A stretch of DNA of 63,469 bases, filler included, from Octopus bimaculoides (GCF_001194135.2; 4 parts of 3 records of this genome joined end to end with filler, not necessarily neighbours in it); one strand, 5' to 3'; positions 39,782-52,639 are shown, counted from the first letter of the whole stretch. A program made the numbers and translations. The notes: generated by a model not told the origin, from the sequence alone.

Positions 39782-39881
39782 NNNNNNNNNNNNNNNNNNN
39801 NNNNNNNNNNNNNNNNNNNNNNNNNTTAATTAATTAANNNNNNNNNNNNNNNNNNNNNNNNNNNNNNNNNNNNNNNNNNNN
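39782..39881. other. Artificial scaffold-joining spacer
   Basis: 44 N + TTAATTAATTAA (39826-39837) + 44 N. Confidence 0.97.
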
Positions 39882-41075
39882 TGAGTCAATTTCAACAAAA
39901 CGAAAAAATAACGTTAGTAAAATTAATTAAAGATTAATTAGCTACTTCTGAAATAAGAAATATAGTATAGATAATATTTTTTTTCAGAACACTCCAAAAA
40001 TATAATAGTGCAAAGAAAATTCAAACTTACCGCCAGGTTATTCCGACATTTCAGCTGGCTAACTCAGGAATTATGGGATTGCTCTTGTTTGGGTCAAAAA
40101 GTAGAACGAGGCTAGCAACAATTGTACACAAAGAGGGAGAGGGGAGGGGTGTCAGGTGGTCTTCTCAAAGCAGACGAACGAGTCAGTGAGAGAGGGGGAA
40201 GGGGAGGCAGAATATTTCGAAAACACCTGGACGGAGTTTCTTTGAAAAAAAATGAATATTTTATCGAATTTTCCGATGATATAGATAAAAAAATCACAGA
40301 GCATGCAACGCATACTTTGCATGCCTGAGAGTGCACGCCTCTGATAGACGGAAATAGTAAAATGCAAGACTGAATGGATTGTTGTATGTGGTTATATTTC
40401 TCTACATTCTAAGTCCACATTTCATTCTTCTGGTAGTGATGATATGAATATCAATTGCGTGCTAGGATAAATTATGGGCCACACACATACTGAGAGAAAC
40501 TACCTAGGGTGGGCAGTAGGTGTTAATAAAATAAACTGTTATCAAAAGGCCATGTTATAAAAAAATAGGTAAAGATACCTTGACAATGAAAAATATTTGC
40601 TTATGTGCTTATACTATTCTATGTATTAGTATATCTATATCTACATGCACAAACATATATACATGCATATCCGTAAGCATGGATGTGTGCGTGTGTGTGT
40701 GTGTGTGTGTGTCTGTGCAAATATATGTATGTATGTGTGGTGCGATGTAAAGGCACCCGTGTGGTGGTAAAAGCACCCAGCATACTCTGTAAAGTGATTG
40801 ATGTAAGGAAGGGCCTCCAGCCATAGAAACCATGCCGAATCAGACTGGAGTCCAGTGCAGCTGTCTAGCTTACCAGCTCTGGTCAAATTGCCCAACCCAT
40901 ACCAGCATGGACAACAGATGCTAAATGATGATGATGATGATGATGATGTATTTAGATATATATGTATTCATATACATATGTGTATGTATATATATATATA
41001 TATATATATATGTATTCATGTACGTCAAATCGTCCAACCCATGCTAGCATGGAAAGCGGACATTAAACGATGATG

Positions 41076-41151
<76 letters not shown>

Positions 41152-41384
41152 GTGTGTGTATATGTGTGTTTGTAAACGTTTTTTTTTTTAAGTTAAGTTA
41201 TAATAGAAAAGAATAACATTAAACCTGAAGAATTGCTTTGTTTTAATGGATTATACATTTATTAAACTTTTACAAGTAGAGACAAAGGTTTTGAAGTTTC
41301 AGCCTGTTAGCCTTCATTGGACTACACACACACAGACGAACAGACAGACAGACAGACAGATAAATTTATATATATATATGTATG

Positions 41385-41446
<62 letters not shown>

Positions 41447-42153
41447 CAGACAGACAGATAGATAAATAGATAGATACACGTACATACACCCACATATACA
41501 AACATTTAATTAAGTTAAAGGTGATATACTTAATGCCGTACACAAATTCTTGACTCATCGATATTTCTCGCTGAGATTGCTAAAGGAAACAAAAACCTAG
41601 TAGCAATTGTTAGCGACTCTCAAGGAGAAAGGGAAATAATTTCAAAGAAGTTAATTTACATGCTTGGAGTTAATCTACCAATTTTTAACTACATGCTTAG
41701 AGAGAAAAGAATTTGCTTAATTAAAAATAAGACAGAGCTAAGAAAACTAATTAAGTGAATTAATTTATATACATTTAGTCGGAGCAGGAAGAAAATATTT
41801 GTAAGTAAAATACATGATTTTTACTAGTTGTTGCAGTTATTGACCCATCCTATGATCAAAAGCACTCCAGCTGAGGCCATCTCATCTTTCTGTGTATCTA
41901 GGATTATATTGGTTAATGTAATGTATAACTTCAACATGAATATATTTAATAGTTAGATGTACAAAGTGTTATTGCTATCACATATTTTTTCAGATATGTG
42001 TGAGAGAGAAAAAGAATGATGGTAAGTGTACCTGAAAGAGAGACAAGCTTAATGCCTAATTACATGTTCAACCATCTCTGAAAAATAGTTAGAATCAAAG
42101 CTATTTTTTTATTCTTTTACTTGTTTCAGTCATTTGACTGCAGCCATGCTGGA

Positions 42154-42405
42154 ATGTGACTCGGCTTTTCGTCTGATGTCACTTTGTCCAACATCACTTC
42201 GTCCTGATTTTTTTGTCCAATGACTTTTTGTCCAATTTTAAATAAACTCTTTAGAAAACAAGGTGAACATTGAAATCAAATAATCATTGAGAATTTTATT
42301 GATAGGATTTGTCGTTGGACAAAAAAATTATCAGACAAGAAGACGTCGGACCAAAAGACATGGATGAAAAGACATTTGACGAAGTGACGTCGGACGAAAA
42401 GACAT
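42154..42405. mobile_element. MITE with subterminal-repeat TIRs, inserted into a SINE tail
   Basis: CTTTTCGTCTGATGTCACTTTGTC (42165-42188) matches the reverse complement of 42378-42401. The host SINE motif CCATGCTGGA|GCACC is split by the element. Confidence 0.8.
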
Positions 42406-42420
42406 AGCACCATCCTATGG

Positions 42421-42746
42421 ATTACTTTGCAAAGGCTGGAGTAGTTTGAATAGGAAATGATGTCCTATTTGCCGGACATTGCCCCATCTGATCATCATTT
42501 ATTCCGCATTATTGGACGGAAAAAATATGAATTCTGTAGATAAGGTCAGAACAGTACTGGAGGAGTATCTTTGTCACAGAAAAGTGAATTTTGGAAGAGG
42601 GGCCTTGCAAGTCTACGAGATAGATGGAAGAGCATTTTAGAAAATGAAGGAGAGTATATTTTGGATTAAAAAAGAACTTTGTTTATTTTAATTTTGAAGA
42701 ATAAAAGAAGTATAAAAAGTCACATTATTTATGGGACGACCCAATA
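42421..42746 (+). mobile_element. Mariner transposase 3' remnant with terminal TIR
   Basis: YLPDIAPSDHHLFR (~YSPDLAPSDYHLF) and FWKRGLASLRDRWKSILENEGEYILD*; ends GGGACGACCCAATA. Confidence 0.88.
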
Positions 42747-43404
42747 CTTTGACACAAGTGTCCATTCACTCTTTCAGTAAATAGTTAAGATAAGGTAAAT
42801 AAATAAATGATTACTTGATGTCTTCATTGTTCAAAAAACAAATAATTAAACCTGTAGCTGTAATTGTCTCATTATGGATTTATCATTCAATGTCAGAACA
42901 CTTGTTTTGATAAACTGGTGATTTATTAATCCCAGCCATGACACAGAGCAAGTTTGTAACTATCATAAAATAATGTCAGAGCTTAAGAGCAAAACATTCT
43001 CTTATGTTCTGTTGCTTTGTCTAACTAGAAAAATCCTCAATGATAAGCAAAACTAATTTGTCTCTGGTCTGTAATGTAATTTCAATTTTATCATTGCTAT
43101 TATTACTAGTGACAATAATTATCATTCTCTTTATCATAATTAGTTCTGTTTAACCCTACTAATCCTAACTTTCCTTCTACTATGACACAGACTTCCCGTT
43201 TTAAAGTGGTCTGAATTAAATCTTTCTTTAGAATTTTATGTCAGTTTGTTCCAAATACCAGGCTTAATAATCCTTTCTACTAAAGGCACAAGGCCTGAAA
43301 TTTTGTTGGGGATGGGGACTAGTCGATTACAATGACCCCAGTATTTCACTGGTACTTAATGGATGTTAAATGTTGTTGATGATATTACTTAATGAAACAG
43401 TACA

Positions 43405-43467
43405 GTATGTTTAACAGAATGTTTGACAGTATGTTTGACAGTATGTTTGACAGTATGTTTGACAGAA
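43405..43467. repeat. 12-bp minisatellite (GTATGTTTGACA) x~5
   Basis: Read directly from the sequence. Confidence 0.9.
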
Positions 43468-43568
43468 TTAAGACCAATTGTTTATTGCATTAGATTCCTC
43501 CAGTTTTGACAAGGGGTGAGGACTTTTTTCTTTTTTTTTTTGTATTTATTCAATGCTTAGAAATTTCA

Positions 43569-43763
<195 letters not shown>

Positions 43764-44278
43764 TTATTAACAAAAACAATTATTACATGGATAAGTAAAT
43801 AACAAACAAAAAAACAGACAAACAAGGAATTGCATGTGAAAGTGGAATATAGTTGGGATTTGCCTAAACTGTACTTGAGGGCTATATAGGTGGCACTGCA
43901 TCGATTACGATAACAAGCATTCCAGTTGATTCAATCAACAGAATAGCCTGCTCATGAAATTAATGTGCAAGTGGCTGAGTACTCCACAAGCATGCATACC
44001 ATTAAAGTAGTTCTCAGGGAGATTCAGCGTGCCACAGAATGTGACAAGGCCGGTCTCTTTGAAATAATGGTACAACTCGTCTTTGGACCAGAGCAACATG
44101 AAATAAAGTATCTTACTCAAAGATACAACATGCAGCTAGGAATTGAACTCACGACTTTATAATTGTGAGCTGAATACCCCTAACCACTAAGCCATATGCC
44201 TTCACTCTGGAGTGCTATTAGAAACAGAGCAATGGGTTGTAATATGTAGTGACTTTAATAGAGTGTATTAGCATTAGT

Positions 44279-44625
44279 GTGGAGGCATAGGATTGCGGTT
44301 TCGATTCCCAGACCGGGCGTTGTGAGTGTTTATTGAGCAAAAACACCTAAAGCTCCAGGAGGCTCCGGCAGGGGATGGTGGCGAACCCTGCTGTACTCTT
44401 CCACCACAACTTTCTCTCACTCTTACTTCCTGTTTCTGTTGTGCCTATAATTCAAAGGGTCAGCCTTGTCACACTGTGTCATGCTGAATATCCCCGAGAA
44501 CTACGTTAAGGGTACACGTGTCTGTGGAGTGCTCAGCCACATGCACGTTAATTTCACGAGCAGGCTGTTTCGTTGATCAGATCAACTGGAACCCTCGGCA
44601 TCGTAAGCGACGGAGTGCCAACAAC
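44279..44625 (+). mobile_element. SINE with 12-bp TSD
   Basis: TSD ATTAGCATTAGT at 44267-44278 and 44626-44637. Confidence 0.9.
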
Positions 44626-45799
44626 ATTAGCATTAGTCTAAAGAGAGGTAGATAGGGGACATAACCCTGCTCATACTAGATAATATGGATAACTGGAAAG
44701 GTTTGTATGGTACATGCCTAACACCTTGCTGTACTCAAAAAGACCCATACTCCACAGCAGAAGTGTTAAGACCTCTGGTGGTGTAAGGCACTCGTGGTGG
44801 TGCCACATAAAAGCACCTGTGCAGTGCCATGTAAAAGTGCCTCTGTGACTCCACATAAAAGCACCAGTGTAGTGTGATGTAACAGCACCCAGAACACTCT
44901 GTAAAGTGGTTGGTGTTAGGAAGGGCATCCAGCCATAGAAACTATGCCAAATCAGACTGGAGTCTGGTGCAGCTCCCCAGCTTGCCAGTTCTGGTTAAAC
45001 CCCTGACCCATGTCAGCATGGATGTTAAATGATGATGCTGATGATGATGATGATGCTCATCTGAGTAGAAAAGATTGCTCAGGAAGAAAGATTCCTGATA
45101 AAGACACACAGTGTGTGTAATGAGAAGAGATAGTTTACTATATCACTCCAAGAGAATTACCATGATCAGAGAAGCAACAGAAGTAGGAAATATAAGGACA
45201 ATTCAGTACAGATGTCAGCTGGATGGTGAGTGAGTCAATAGTTATAGTACTTGGTAGATGAAATGTTAGATTGCAGCAAGATAGCTGACATTTTTTTAAG
45301 TAATCCTGAAACTGTACACACACACAGACACACACAGACACAGACACACATACACACATGTATGCATGCATATGAGTGTGTGTGTACATTTGTACATGTT
45401 CTCAAACATTTTTTAGTAGTACTGTAATATGGAGAGTAACTGCACTGTTATAGTTGGTAGTTGTTTGAAACTAAAGTATTTTCTTACATTGAAGAGGGGA
45501 AAAAGGAAACACTTCCTGAGAGAGGAGAGTCTTACCATATTTACTTGTGTATATTGTGGGAAATTTAATACAAAGCATTAAAGTCAAAAAATGATATTGG
45601 TTATGTAGCAAACGTATAAATGAAGTCCATAAATAAATGAAAAATATATTGTTGGCTTTTAGGTACTAAAAGTTAGGATCACATATTCTAGATCACATTG
45701 TGGATAGACATTGGAGATAGACAGACAAAGCCTTGAAAATGAAGGTCAATAATAGAAGAATAAAGAGTGGTGAGCTGAACGCCCCTGACTAATGTAGTG

Positions 45800-46190
45800 A
45801 CTTCATGCTTTTTTATCTTCATTGCTGGATCCTAAGGAAAGAGCAGTATCTAAGACCTTTGCAGGGCCTTTCTAGCCCAATGAGATTTATGCCATTAATG
45901 TTTGTTTTAAGCCTCCATATGTCAACACCTGTGGGAAAGATATGAGCAAGGAAAGAATTCCAGAGGGATGATGTTTTGAGAAGGAAGGACTGGATGTAGT
46001 GATTAGTGTAAAGCCTGCCAGGTTGAACACAACGAGGGTGATGAGAGGAGGAGAGACAAGTGGGGTGGGAGTGCCTGAGTGGAGGCAGCACAAATGCAGC
46101 CAGCTCCAAGGAGTAAAGACTATTATAGTAGAGATAGAAAAGATAGAGAGGGAAAACAGCATGCTTGTGGGCCAGAAACCAGAGCATGTC
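45800..46190 (-). mobile_element. LINE 3' end (CR1/Jockey-type RT C-terminus)
   Basis: LFYLYYNSLYSLELAAFVLPP...HYIQSFLLKTSSLWNSF...FPT...LKTNIN. Confidence 0.8.
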
Positions 46191-46310
46191 TTTAAGTGAC
46201 TTTATGCTAATCAGTCAGAGGATGGTGTTCCTGCTAACTACCTAACAATAAATTTATGCATTTATGGATGTGACTGAAGTAAAATTTAAAGAAATAATTG
46301 AACAAGTGAC

Positions 46311-46483
46311 CTGTCAGTCAGTGGTGTTATGACCAGTCGTTCTGTGCAGCCAAGGAATTCATTCTGATAAGTGAAGTTGACATTTGTAATTGATATCATA
46401 CATTTGTCTTGGTCTTCTATGAAGTAAAAACGTGACTGTTTTAACCATTCAAAGTCTGTTGGACTTCTTACATTTGTATGACA
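46311..46483 (-). CDS. DNAH5-like: Dynein heavy chain exon (absent from the ORF track)
   Basis: [57 protein letters not shown](R). 173 nt, phase 0-2; joins the 43583-43761 exon in frame. Confidence 0.95.
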
Positions 46484-47180
46484 CTGAAAAAGAACAAAAA
46501 TACATTAATATGTGAATGTACATAGTATAATCATCATCTCATCATAAATTTAACATCCACTTTTCCATGCTTGCATGGGTCTGATGGAATTCATTGGGGC
46601 ACAAGATGGCAAGCTGGCAGAAACATTAGCACGTGGGGCAAAATGCTTAGTGGTATTTCATCTGTCTTTACACTCTGAGTTCAATTTCCACCAAGGTTAA
46701 CTTTGCCTTTCGTCCTTTCAGGGTTGATAAATTAAGTACCAGTGTAAAAATCATTCAGTTCACTCTGTGGTGGGGTTGGTGTTAGGAAGGGCATTCAGCC
46801 ATAAAAACCATGCCAAAACAGACACAGAGTTTCTGCCTGGCCAGCTCCTGTCAAACCATCCAACCATGCCGTATGGAAGGCGGATGTTAAACAATGATGA
46901 TGATGATATCTGACTCAAATATTCTGCCTGTTTTATATTCAAACTGATTAGATCCAGCCTCTCACACCTGCCCCAAAATGTCATTCTACAAATCAACAAT
47001 CACGTCATAGAAATGTTGAAGCTCAGAAACAATGCATGATTAATTCAAAATAATGTGTATAAATAAGTATTACATTTAACAGAGTAAAAACTAAAGGGTT
47101 AAGGAACAGCTTGAAAAGTTGGTGGAAATTACTGGTAATAATATATTAATAATTTGGAATGTTTTGTGGAAATTACTAAC

Positions 47181-47411
47181 CAGTTCATCAAAAATATCTC
47201 TCTGGTGGACATGTATTGTGATCAGGGTTTCATACTTGGTTCGGTCCATTTTGTTCAGATCTGCAGTGGTTTGGGTGATGAGGGTATTCAGAAGCTTCAA
47301 AAATGATTGGTTCGCTTGCTGCATTGGTTTTCGCTTACGGTCACTACGTGCATCTGTCAATGCAATTGTTGCATCTCTTGTCCATAATAACTGTATCCCA
47401 AGTATTCCAAC
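47181..47411 (-). CDS. DNAH5-like: Dynein heavy chain exon
   Basis: [14 protein letters not shown]...[12 protein letters not shown]...[21 protein letters not shown]. 231 nt, phase 0-0. Confidence 0.95.
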
Positions 47412-47658
47412 CTTGAAATATTGCAGTAGAGATTTATGTTTTCATAGATGAAGATATATGGCAATAACATTATCACAAATGCATATATAGACCAAAAAAA
47501 ATGCAAAGACATTGTCCTTAAAAGACACAGAAATCACTATGAAAGTTCCAGAAATGTAACTTTTTGGAAATTCACATTCACGGATATTTTTGATAAAGGA
47601 CAAAGTTGTTCAACTTAAGAAAAATTGTGATTTGTATAACAGAATCTCAATTACTTAC

Positions 47659-47820
47659 TTGTGCTGGAAATGAATTGAGGAACTCCAATAGTTTAAAATT
47701 TGATTCTTGTATTGCATTAGCAGCTTTCCTAATGATTCCATGGAGAGACTTTTGTGCCATTTTCATTAATGACATGAGCCAAACTTCTACATTTCCTTCA
47801 GCTTTTACTGGTTTGTCTAA
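47659..47820 (-). CDS. DNAH5-like: Dynein heavy chain exon
   Basis: [18 protein letters not shown]...[11 protein letters not shown]. 162 nt, phase 0-0. Confidence 0.95.
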
Positions 47821-48334
47821 CTAAAAATATTAGAGGAACAGAAACATATTATAAATGCATGGGTTTATCTGCATTTCCCAATATACTGTATATTTGGAAG
47901 TGTTAGAAACACACATACACACACATACATGTATGACTCAACTATTTGGGTTAGCTCTTGGTTGCAGTTTTGAGCATTATGGGAGGAACATCATCAGGAC
48001 AAGTAGCTTTGTTGGTTTGAAGTGTATGCCTCAAGGTTTATTTTGGTGACCAGATGTACTTTTGCTCTTAGTGTGTGTATATATGCAAGGTGGTGGACCT
48101 AAAGAGGTGGAAAGAATTAGAGAAGATTTGCTGAGAGTGTGCACAGATTATAGAATTCTCTAATCTTTTAGTGCATCCACTTGTGGTTTAGTTGTGCTAT
48201 AAACTGTATGTATGAAATTTTTCCCCTCCATTTCTGAATTAGTTGTTCTCATTATGAAAATTGATGTAATGATTGATGATATACATTTATGTGGCTATTC
48301 ACTGTGTGTGTGTGTGTGTGTCTGCGTGCTTGCA

Positions 48335-48395
<61 letters not shown>

Positions 48396-49082
48396 TCTGG
48401 ACTGATTTTGTTATTCATATTTCAGATTAATAAAATATATTACCAATAGCATATTTTAGTAGTTTTATAGATATTTTGTTTTAAGAGAACAAATAAATGT
48501 TAAAACATGATGAACCTCTGCGACGGGGAAGGAAAAACAAAACCTGTAATTTAAGCAATCTTTATTCAGTTGAGTGGTTAGTGTATCGGGCTCACAATCA
48601 TGAGGTATAATCTTTATACTTTACAGCCAATAATTTATTAAATGGTTATGGTTTACCACCAAAAAAAAACAAAAATAATAAATAATAAAACATTGAATTA
48701 AAGTTTTCCTGACTATAAATTGTATAATTATGAACAAGGAAGTAAAGCAAAAGCGGACAATGCCCTCCACCCAAAAACAAATCCTTGGCCACCAGTTTGG
48801 AATTTACATACATATATTTGCTACATTATCATATACCCGGAAAAGCCCAAACATTATAAGGTGCGGGTATGGCTGTGTGGTAAGAAGCTTGCTTCCCAAC
48901 CACATAGTTTGAGATTCAGTCCCACTGGATGACAACCTGGGCAAGTTTCATCAAATACCGTTCACAACTTTTTGAGTCATTTTGCACACAGACGGACAAA
49001 CAGACAAACCAACGCTGATGCAAACATAACCTCCTTCCTTGGTGGAGGTAAAAAATGAATTAATATTATAGCCTTTACTTAC

Positions 49083-49290
49083 TTCCATACATTCTCCTTC
49101 ACTTGATTCCACAGATAGTATTGTTTCATATTGCTTTTCATGAAATTTCACCAACTTTATGTTATCGAAGACACTGAGAAGATGAGCCTGGATGGTGTGG
49201 CAGTCACTGGCTTGACCAAGAATTTCCAATAAGGCTGGATCAGACACAAAGAAAAAGCGAGGGAAAAGCAGCCTCTTTTTCTCTAAATAA
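49083..49290 (-). CDS. DNAH5-like: Dynein heavy chain exon
   Basis: [45 protein letters not shown]...SSEGECME. 208 nt, phase 2-0. Confidence 0.95.
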
Positions 49291-49700
49291 CTGAAATTGA
49301 AAAAGAAAAAAACATCATCATCATTGTTGTCACCATCATCATTTTATTTTTTAATGCCTGTCTACCATGCTTGCATGTCCTTGGATGATCTCATAGGATC
49401 AGATGGACCAGAGGACTGCATGTGGCCTCACATTATACATGAATGGGTAGGAGTAATTGATGTAGATTCTGGTCATCGCCCTTTTATTTTTATTCTTTTA
49501 CATGTTTCAGTCATTTGACTGTGGCCATGCTGGAGCACCACTTTAAAGGGTTTTAGTTAAACAAATTGCATCCAGGACTTATTCTTAGTAAGCCTAGTGC
49601 TTAGGCTATTGGTCTTTTTTGCCAAACTGCTAAGTTACAGGGACGTAAACACACCAACACCAGTTGTCAAATGATGGTGGGGGGACAAACACAGACACAA

Positions 49701-50479
49701 ATTACATGGAAAAATGCAAGCAAGAGAAATAATATCCTGAAGATTATAAACCTGGAAAAGAACAGGACAAGTCATTACGTCTAGTAAAGTAAAGAACAAG
49801 AAAACATTTGCTTAAAATATTGCAGCTAAGGATAACATTTCAAATAAAATATTTAGATTTAGAAAATATTAACTTTTATTAAAACTAAAAATTCTATTAC
49901 AAGTTATTATTTGTTACTTCTATTAAAAATGAAATATAAACTCAATTAAAATATTTTTTGTACTTTAAAAAAATTCATTTTTTTAATTATTAATTAATAA
50001 TTAGAAATTTGAAAATAGGTTATAAAAAATAATAGTAGTCCAGAATTAGTTAGTACAATAAATATAATAATACAAAAATTAGATATGTATTACAGTAAAA
50101 TCTACCTATAACAACAAATTCACAGTAAAATTTGCTTGAGTTATTGCCAAATCTTCACATTTTTTAGTTTTGACTCAGTCTATTTTTTATATAATGAATT
50201 TGCCTGCCATATATACTATTCTACTTTGCATAAAACTTTAGCTATGTTGGTACTTCTGGTTCTCATTTTTTAAGTATTCTAGTGTGTCAATATTTTAACA
50301 AAATGAGGGTACTTTTTTTTTAATTATAATTTTACTTTGTAAATTAAAATCAAATAATTTTTAATATTCAAATTTTATCCTTAGCTGCAATATTTTACGT
50401 AAAACTTTCTTGTCCTGTACTTTACCAGATTTATAATCTTAAGAATATTATTTCTCTTGCTTGCATTTTTCCATGTAAT
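49701..50479. mobile_element. Foldback/MITE-like element with long inverted repeats
   Basis: The terminal 35 bp are perfectly inverted (ATTACATGGAAAAATGCAAGCAAGAGAAATAATAT). Similarity continues to ~49835 and ~50375 around an AT-rich spacer. Confidence 0.8.
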
Positions 50480-50698
50480 CTATTTTTTTTTTTTTTTTAA
50501 GTAGTGGGATCATTTTATTCAACTAAAATTTCTTCAAGGTGGCGCTCCAGCATAGCAACAATTTAATGGCTGAAACAAGTAAAAAACAGAAGAGAAAAGA
50601 CTACCAAACGGCTAAATTATAAATGCCAACATACACTTCAGAGCTTTTCTATTCTATTCTGCATGCAACAAGTTTTATATAAACATTATTATCTAACC

Positions 50699-50732
<34 letters not shown>

Positions 50733-51456
50733 GTAACAAACTGAGGAAAAGAAATCCTTCAAAGTGGACTGACTCCTGTGCAGGTGGCACGTAAAAAACA
50801 CCATTTTGAGCATGACCATTGCCAGTACCACCGGACTGGCCCTCATGCCGGTGGCACGTAAAAAGCACCCACTACACTCTCGGAGTGGTTGGCATTAGGA
50901 AGGGCATCCAGCTGTAGAAACTCTGTCAGATCAGATTGAAGTCAGGTGTAGCCATCCGGTTCGCCAGTCCCCAGTCAAATCGTCCAACCCATGCTAGCAT
51001 GGAAAGCGGACGTTAAATAATGATGATGATGATGAGAACTGTGATTATGTATATCAGAAAAAAATATATAAAAGTCGAAACAATTTGTTGGCCTTTATGG
51101 TTTTTATAATTATGTTATATAATATTATGTTATATTATATTCATAGTATTTAACGTAATATACTATAGATAAATTATTGGATTGTCAAAAGCATATCTCT
51201 ATATTTGATTTATCTTTATATATATGCATATGTATGTATATGTTTTTGTTTGTGTGTCTGTCACTTGACAACCGATGTTGGTGTGTTTATGTACCCATAA
51301 CTTAGTGGTTTGGCAAAAGTGACCAATAGAATAAGTACTAGGCTAACAAAGAATAAGGTCTGGGGTTGATTTTTTTTCATTTACAGGTGGTGCTCCAGCA
51401 TAGCCACAGTCAAATGACTGAAGCAAGTAAAAGAATAAAAGAATAAAGAACATATG

Positions 51457-51493
<37 letters not shown>

Positions 51494-51679
51494 ACATTAA
51501 AAGTACATAGTACATTTAAATATTAAAGTTTTGTCTATTAAAATGTATCTTGACAGCTGCCAAAATAGGGCAGTTACTGCACCAATCAAATTGACAGACA
51601 AGCAAGCAAGTAAACAGGAAGATATTATATTTTATAGCCTAGTATGCTCTGCTGGATGTATAATGTCAGTGTGCTTACA

Positions 51680-52245
51680 TGACAGAGTGTAAGCACCCTG
51701 AGAGAAAAGTTGGACATATGATGCATCACTTGTGGTGTGCAAGAGAGATGACTGCACTGGTATGGTCATGTGTTATGTGTGGATGAGGACAGCTGTGAGA
51801 AGAAGTGTCACACCCTAACAGTGGAGGGAACCTGTGGAAGAGGTAAACCCAGAGAGACAGAGGATGAGGTGGCAAAGTATGACCTTCAAACGTTGGGCCT
51901 CACAAGTGACCGATACCTTTGGAGATATGCCGTGCTTGAGAAGACCCAGCAAGCCAAATGAGATCGTAGTCATGACTGATGCCAGTGTCACAAAACTGGT
52001 CTGTTTAAAACCACGCTGCCATCATTGGCTGGTATGCTGTGCTTGTGAAGACCTGTTGAACTGAGTGAAATCGTAGTCATAGTTGATACCAGTACCACCT
52101 GACTGGCACTTGTGCCAGTGGTACGTAAAAAGCACCATTCAAGTGAGGGTGATGCCATCTGGTTCACCAGTTCCCAGTCAAACCATCCAACCCATGCCAG
52201 CATGTAAAGCGGACGTTAAACGAGGATGATGATGATGATGATGAT
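51680..52245 (+). mobile_element. RTE-type LINE 3' end with 3'UTR and (GAT)n tail; 3'UTR-like relatives at ~26690, 36130, 40750, 44750, 46760, 50770
   Basis: LREKLDI*CITCGVQER*LHWYGHV..DEDS..KKC..LTVEGTCGRGKPR..DL..LGLT..RYLWRYAVLEKT. The tail ends GCGGACGTTAAACGA(GAT)n. Confidence 0.88.
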
Positions 52246-52283
52246 ATATATATATATATATAAGGGATGCCTTTTGCATCGAA

Positions 52284-52352
52284 GGTCGGCGATTGTCGTA
52301 CGCTGAAGAAGGGAAATAACCCTGAAACTCGAGTACGTACGTATCGTAGACC
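52284..52352 (+). ncRNA. Apparently intact extended type I hammerhead ribozyme
   Basis: Stem I: GGTC/GACC + CGAT/ATCG + CGTACG/CGTACG with a UGU/U internal loop. Core CTGAAGA at 52303-52309. Stem II AGGG-AAATAA-CCCT. GAAAC-TCGA-GTA; predicted cleavage after A52335. Confidence 0.9.
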
Positions 52353-52489
52353 AAGATGGGAAGGATAACTTCCCTTGGCAAATACAGACAGGACACAGAA
52401 GTGTGTCGATAGCCAGCTGGAGGAGATGTCCTCCTGGGGCTAAAAGCAACAGTAACATCCACCCCTCGGGGTCAGCCACATTTAAGTGG

Positions 52490-52589
52490 NNNNNNNNNNN
52501 NNNNNNNNNNNNNNNNNNNNNNNNNNNNNNNNNTTAATTAATTAANNNNNNNNNNNNNNNNNNNNNNNNNNNNNNNNNNNNNNNNNNNN
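52490..52589. other. Artificial scaffold-joining spacer
   Basis: 44 N + TTAATTAATTAA (52534-52545) + 44 N. Confidence 0.97.
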
Positions 52590-52634
<45 letters not shown>

Positions 52635-52639
52635 ATGTA

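Noticed and set aside
40020-40120. Minus-strand donor CTGGCG|GTAAGT in a GC-richer patch
   Set aside because: All upstream frames hit stops and it does not encode the expected next dynein exon (LAQSGSWGCFDEFNR-like). It might be a non-coding exon, but that is unsupported.
43405-43467. Regular short repeats suggestive of a CRISPR array
   Set aside because: Head-to-tail 12-mers without unique spacers in a eukaryotic context; this is a minisatellite.
52408-52460. Possible HDV-like ribozyme (TAGCC...TCCTCC...GGCTA..GCAAC)
   Set aside because: I could not build P3 or P1.1 (AA where GG is needed) and P2' is not visible before the gap; it folds better as a simple hairpin.
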